Source of the DNA: Candidatus Eiseniibacteriota bacterium
GTDB taxonomy: Bacteria; Eisenbacteria; RBG-16-71-46; CAVPCR01
NCBI GenBank assembly: GCA_963823555.1
Contig: CAWGMA010000001.1
Coordinates: 288,001-352,000 of the forward strand
Length of the DNA: 64,000 nucleotides
Direction of reading: 5' to 3'
The translations under genes were made by a program, and so were the position numbers. Position 1 is the first letter of the stretch; each line of letters begins with the position of its first letter. Positions 61,495 through 64,000 of the stretch are shown in pieces. The notes beneath the pieces were generated by a model. That model saw nothing but the letters and a program-made list of their open reading frames with translations, searched no databases and was not told the DNA's origin.

Positions 61495-64000
61495 CTAGTC
61501 GCGCGAGCGCACCAGCCGGCCGGTGAATTCAGCCTCATCGAGCGGCCACTTGGCCGTGAGCCGGTAGACATAGGTGCCGTTGGCCACCTGGTCGTGGTCG
61601 GCATCGAGTCCATCCCACACGATCTGCGAGTAGCCCACGTTGCGCGGTGCCGTCAGCTCCTGGATCTGGCGGCCGGTCACGGTGTAGATGCGGACCACGA
61701 CCTCATCCGCCGGACTCGTGAGCTGATAGGTGATGGCCGTGAACTGGTCGAAAGGATTGGGATAGGCCGCCACCTGCTCGAGGCTGAATCCACCCACCTG
61801 TACACTGACGCCGCTCGTGAGCGCGAGGATCCCGTTGTGCCTGATCTCGAGGCTCAGGTCGTGGGCCCCCGTGCCGAGGATGACGGGCGCTCTGAGCTGC
61901 CAGTCCTTGCCCAGCGGATCCCTGCTTTGCCCGCTGAGCCCGGCCACCGGGGAGCCATCGAGGAGCAGGCGGAAATCGCCCTCCGTCACGCTCACCGGCG
62001 CATGCACGTTGATCTCGATGGTGGTGCTCGAGGCCACGAAGTCGCCGCTGCCGAGCGCCACGCCATTGGCGCGCCAGCTGACATCCGTGCGCACGGCGAG
62101 CGGGAACTCGATCGTGCGGTTGTTGGCGTCGTTGGCGACGACGACGATCTCGTAGTTGTCGGGACGCAGCGGTGCGCGGTAGGTGAGCCGCCGTTGCCGT
62201 TCCTCGGTGCCCGTGACCTGCCACAGCGCCGGATCCACCGGGATCGGCCCGGCATCGCTGCGCTCGATCACCTCTGTATCCGCGATGCGCACCTCGTCGC
62301 GGATGTCGGCTACCACCAGTACCGTATCAGAGCCCGCGGCGAAGCTCTCGATGCGCGCGCCGGGAGCCCGAGTGGTGTCCGCCGCGGTGACCGCGAAGAG
62401 CGGCGGGATCGCATCCATGCGGAGACCGGGATCCCCGAGCGTGCAGTAGGTGAAGATCGGCCCCTTGAACGCGTCCTGCTGGTTGTAGAGCTCCTTGGCG
62501 AGATTCGTCACCTCGCCCAGGATCCAGCGCGCTCCCACCGGCTCGCCGCGCGGATTCTCGGTGGGCGGGGTCAGGAAGAAGGCGTCCCACTGCGGCGTGT
62601 TGAGGTCGTACTGGTAGGGCGGTCCCTGGCTGCTTCCCGCCGGCAGCCATTCGAAGCCCGTCGAGCCGATCGCGGCCACCAGGCCCCGGTTCTCCAGCGA
62701 TACCAGGAGCTCGCCGAGCCCCCGCTCGCGCCCGCCGACGACGTTCCCGATGCGCTCGTTGAGCTCGTTCAGGTGGTTGGGATGGCAAGCGTAGATGAAC
62801 CAGATCCCGGGGCGCCCGAGGTTATTGAACGAGTTCTGATCACGATCGAACTCGGAGGAGAAGATGCGTTCGTGCGCCATCAGGTGCCGGTTGGCATGTC
62901 CCTGGTAGTTCATGATCAGGTTCCCCTCGGAGATGAGCTGGTAGAGGATCGGGGAACCGGTGGCGTCGAACGCCGCCTGCGCCTCGCCGGGCGTGTGGGT
63001 GCCGGGGTCATCGGGTGGGGGTGGTCCGGGAAGGGGATCGGTGTAGGTCGAGAGACGTATGGCGCGCGTATCGATGAGATCGCCGATTCCCGACCGCTCC
63101 TCGATCATGGCGTCGATCGAATCGCAGATCGCTCCGAAGATGACCTCGCTCGCTCGATACCGGTACTGGGCGCTGAAGCTGATGGTCGAGGACCAGGCAT
63201 CATCGGCGATGGTCAAGGTCTTGGCCCGCCAGCGGTCGCCGGGGTCGAACTGCTCGTAGCGGATCGTCTTGTCGACCATGAGCCCGAACTCGGCCGCCGA
63301 CTGCGCCGGCAGCCGGCCGACGGCCATGTCGAGGTGCACGTCGAACTGTTCTTCCTCCGGGGCGAGGCCGGAGACGTACCAGGTGTCGCAGGACACGAGC
63401 TCCAGATCCACATCGCCGAACACCGGACCGAAGATGGTCTGGCTCGGGATCACATCGAGCCCGGTCGGCACCTTGTCCCGGTAGTCGTCCGAGGCGTCGC
63501 CCGCCAGGAGGAGGTACATGGGCGGTTGAGTCCAGTGGGCAAAGGCATAGCGCAGGTAGTTGCGAATGGCGTCGGGGCCATGGAGGCCGCCCGCGAACTC
63601 ATCCTCGATGTCGGAGAGGAGGGCGATCGCCGCCTGGTGGCCATGCAGCTCACGATGCTCCTTGAGCCGCGTGGCCACGGCGGGGAAGTCGTCCAGCGCC
63701 CCGTCCCCGTCGATGTCTGCGATGTCCGGCACGACGATGATGTAATCGGGCTCGATGGCCGGGCTGGCCAGCGACGAGGGACGATCGAGGGCGATCGCGG
63801 CATCGGTCAGCGTCAGCTCGCCCAAGCCCCGCGCGAGGGCGATGTAGGAGCGGAGGCCGGTCACCTCGTCGCGGAAGCGCACCTCGTAGGGCCCGCTACC
63901 GGTGACCTGAACGCCCGTCAGCACGGTCGGCGCGAAGTAGTTGGTGACATCCAGGACCACGATGTCCGCCGCGCTGAAGCCGCCGATCGCGAACTCGGTG
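61495..64000 (-). CDS. C25-family peptidase (PorU-like) with FlgD-Ig CTD; 5' part lies outside the window
   Basis: DYIIV, DIEDEF.GG...PDAIRNYL, LLLAGDAS.DY, VGRLP, NYQGH and YAC dyad, LGDP; YPNPF...WDG.D....VANGTY. Confidence 0.88.
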   Translation of the reverse strand, partial: TEFAIGGFSAADIVVLDVTNYFAPTVLTGVQVTGSGPYEVRFRDEVTGLRSYIALARGLGELTLTDAAIALDRPSSLASPAIEPDYIIVVPDIADIDGDGALDDFPAVATRLKEHRELHGHQAAIALLSDIEDEFAGGLHGPDAIRNYLRYAFAHWTQPPMYLLLAGDASDDYRDKVPTGLDVIPSQTIFGPVFGDVDLELVSCDTWYVSGLAPEEEQFDVHLDMAVGRLPAQSAAEFGLMVDKTIRYEQFDPGDRWRAKTLTIADDAWSSTISFSAQYRYRASEVIFGAICDSIDAMIEERSGIGDLIDTRAIRLSTYTDPLPGPPPPDDPGTHTPGEAQAAFDATGSPILYQLISEGNLIMNYQGHANRHLMAHERIFSSEFDRDQNSFNNLGRPGIWFIYACHPNHLNELNERIGNVVGGRERGLGELLVSLENRGLVAAIGSTGFEWLPAGSSQGPPYQYDLNTPQWDAFFLTPPTENPRGEPVGARWILGEVTNLAKELYNQQDAFKGPIFTYCTLGDPGLRMDAIPPLFAVTAADTTRAPGARIESFAAGSDTVLVVADIRDEVRIADTEVIERSDAGPIPVDPALWQVTGTEERQRRLTYRAPLRPDNYEIVVVANDANNRTIEFPLAVRTDVSWRANGVALGSGDFVASSTTIEINVHAPVSVTEGDFRLLLDGSPVAGLSGQSRDPLGKDWQLRAPVILGTGAHDLSLEIRHNGILALTSGVSVQVGGFSLEQVAAYPNPFDQFTAITYQLTSPADEVVVRIYTVTGRQIQELTAPRNVGYSQIVWDGLDADHDQVANGTYVYRLTAKWPLDEAEFTGRLVRSRD

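Overview
Very GC-rich bacterial chromosomal segment, almost all coded on the + strand. Gene content suggests an uncultured diderm near the FCB group, e.g. Ca. Eisenbacteria or Krumholzibacteria-like (inference only). Housekeeping core at ~22-44 kb: aminotransferase, arcC, smpB, amidase-GerMN-murI-rph-rdgB, ssb, yggS-divIVA-DUF167-PNP-ileS-DksA-like-lspA-rluD-yqgF-mltG-larE, six tRNAs and tmRNA. It is flanked by secretion/cell-surface genes: a ~2200-aa Ig-repeat protein, PorV-like barrels, lamin-tail proteins, two parvulin PPIases and two C25 (gingipain/PorU-like) peptidases. clpB and a GGEEF diguanylate cyclase lie near the right end. Most notable: (1) two recurring C-terminal signatures on secreted proteins, a FlgD-Ig/T9SS-like CTD on 4 proteins and a short V-E-x-x-T-W-G-x-[IV]-K-A tail on 3, alongside a dockerin-like gene next to cohesin-like genes; (2) a partner-switching protein fusing an RsbW-type kinase, TM/HAMP, a SpoIIE phosphatase and a transposase-type HTH, followed by a STAS gene; (3) several structured intergenic RNA candidates. 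Frameshifts in ileS, rluD and probably one secreted protein look like sequencing indels. No CRISPR array, integrase or intact IS was seen.
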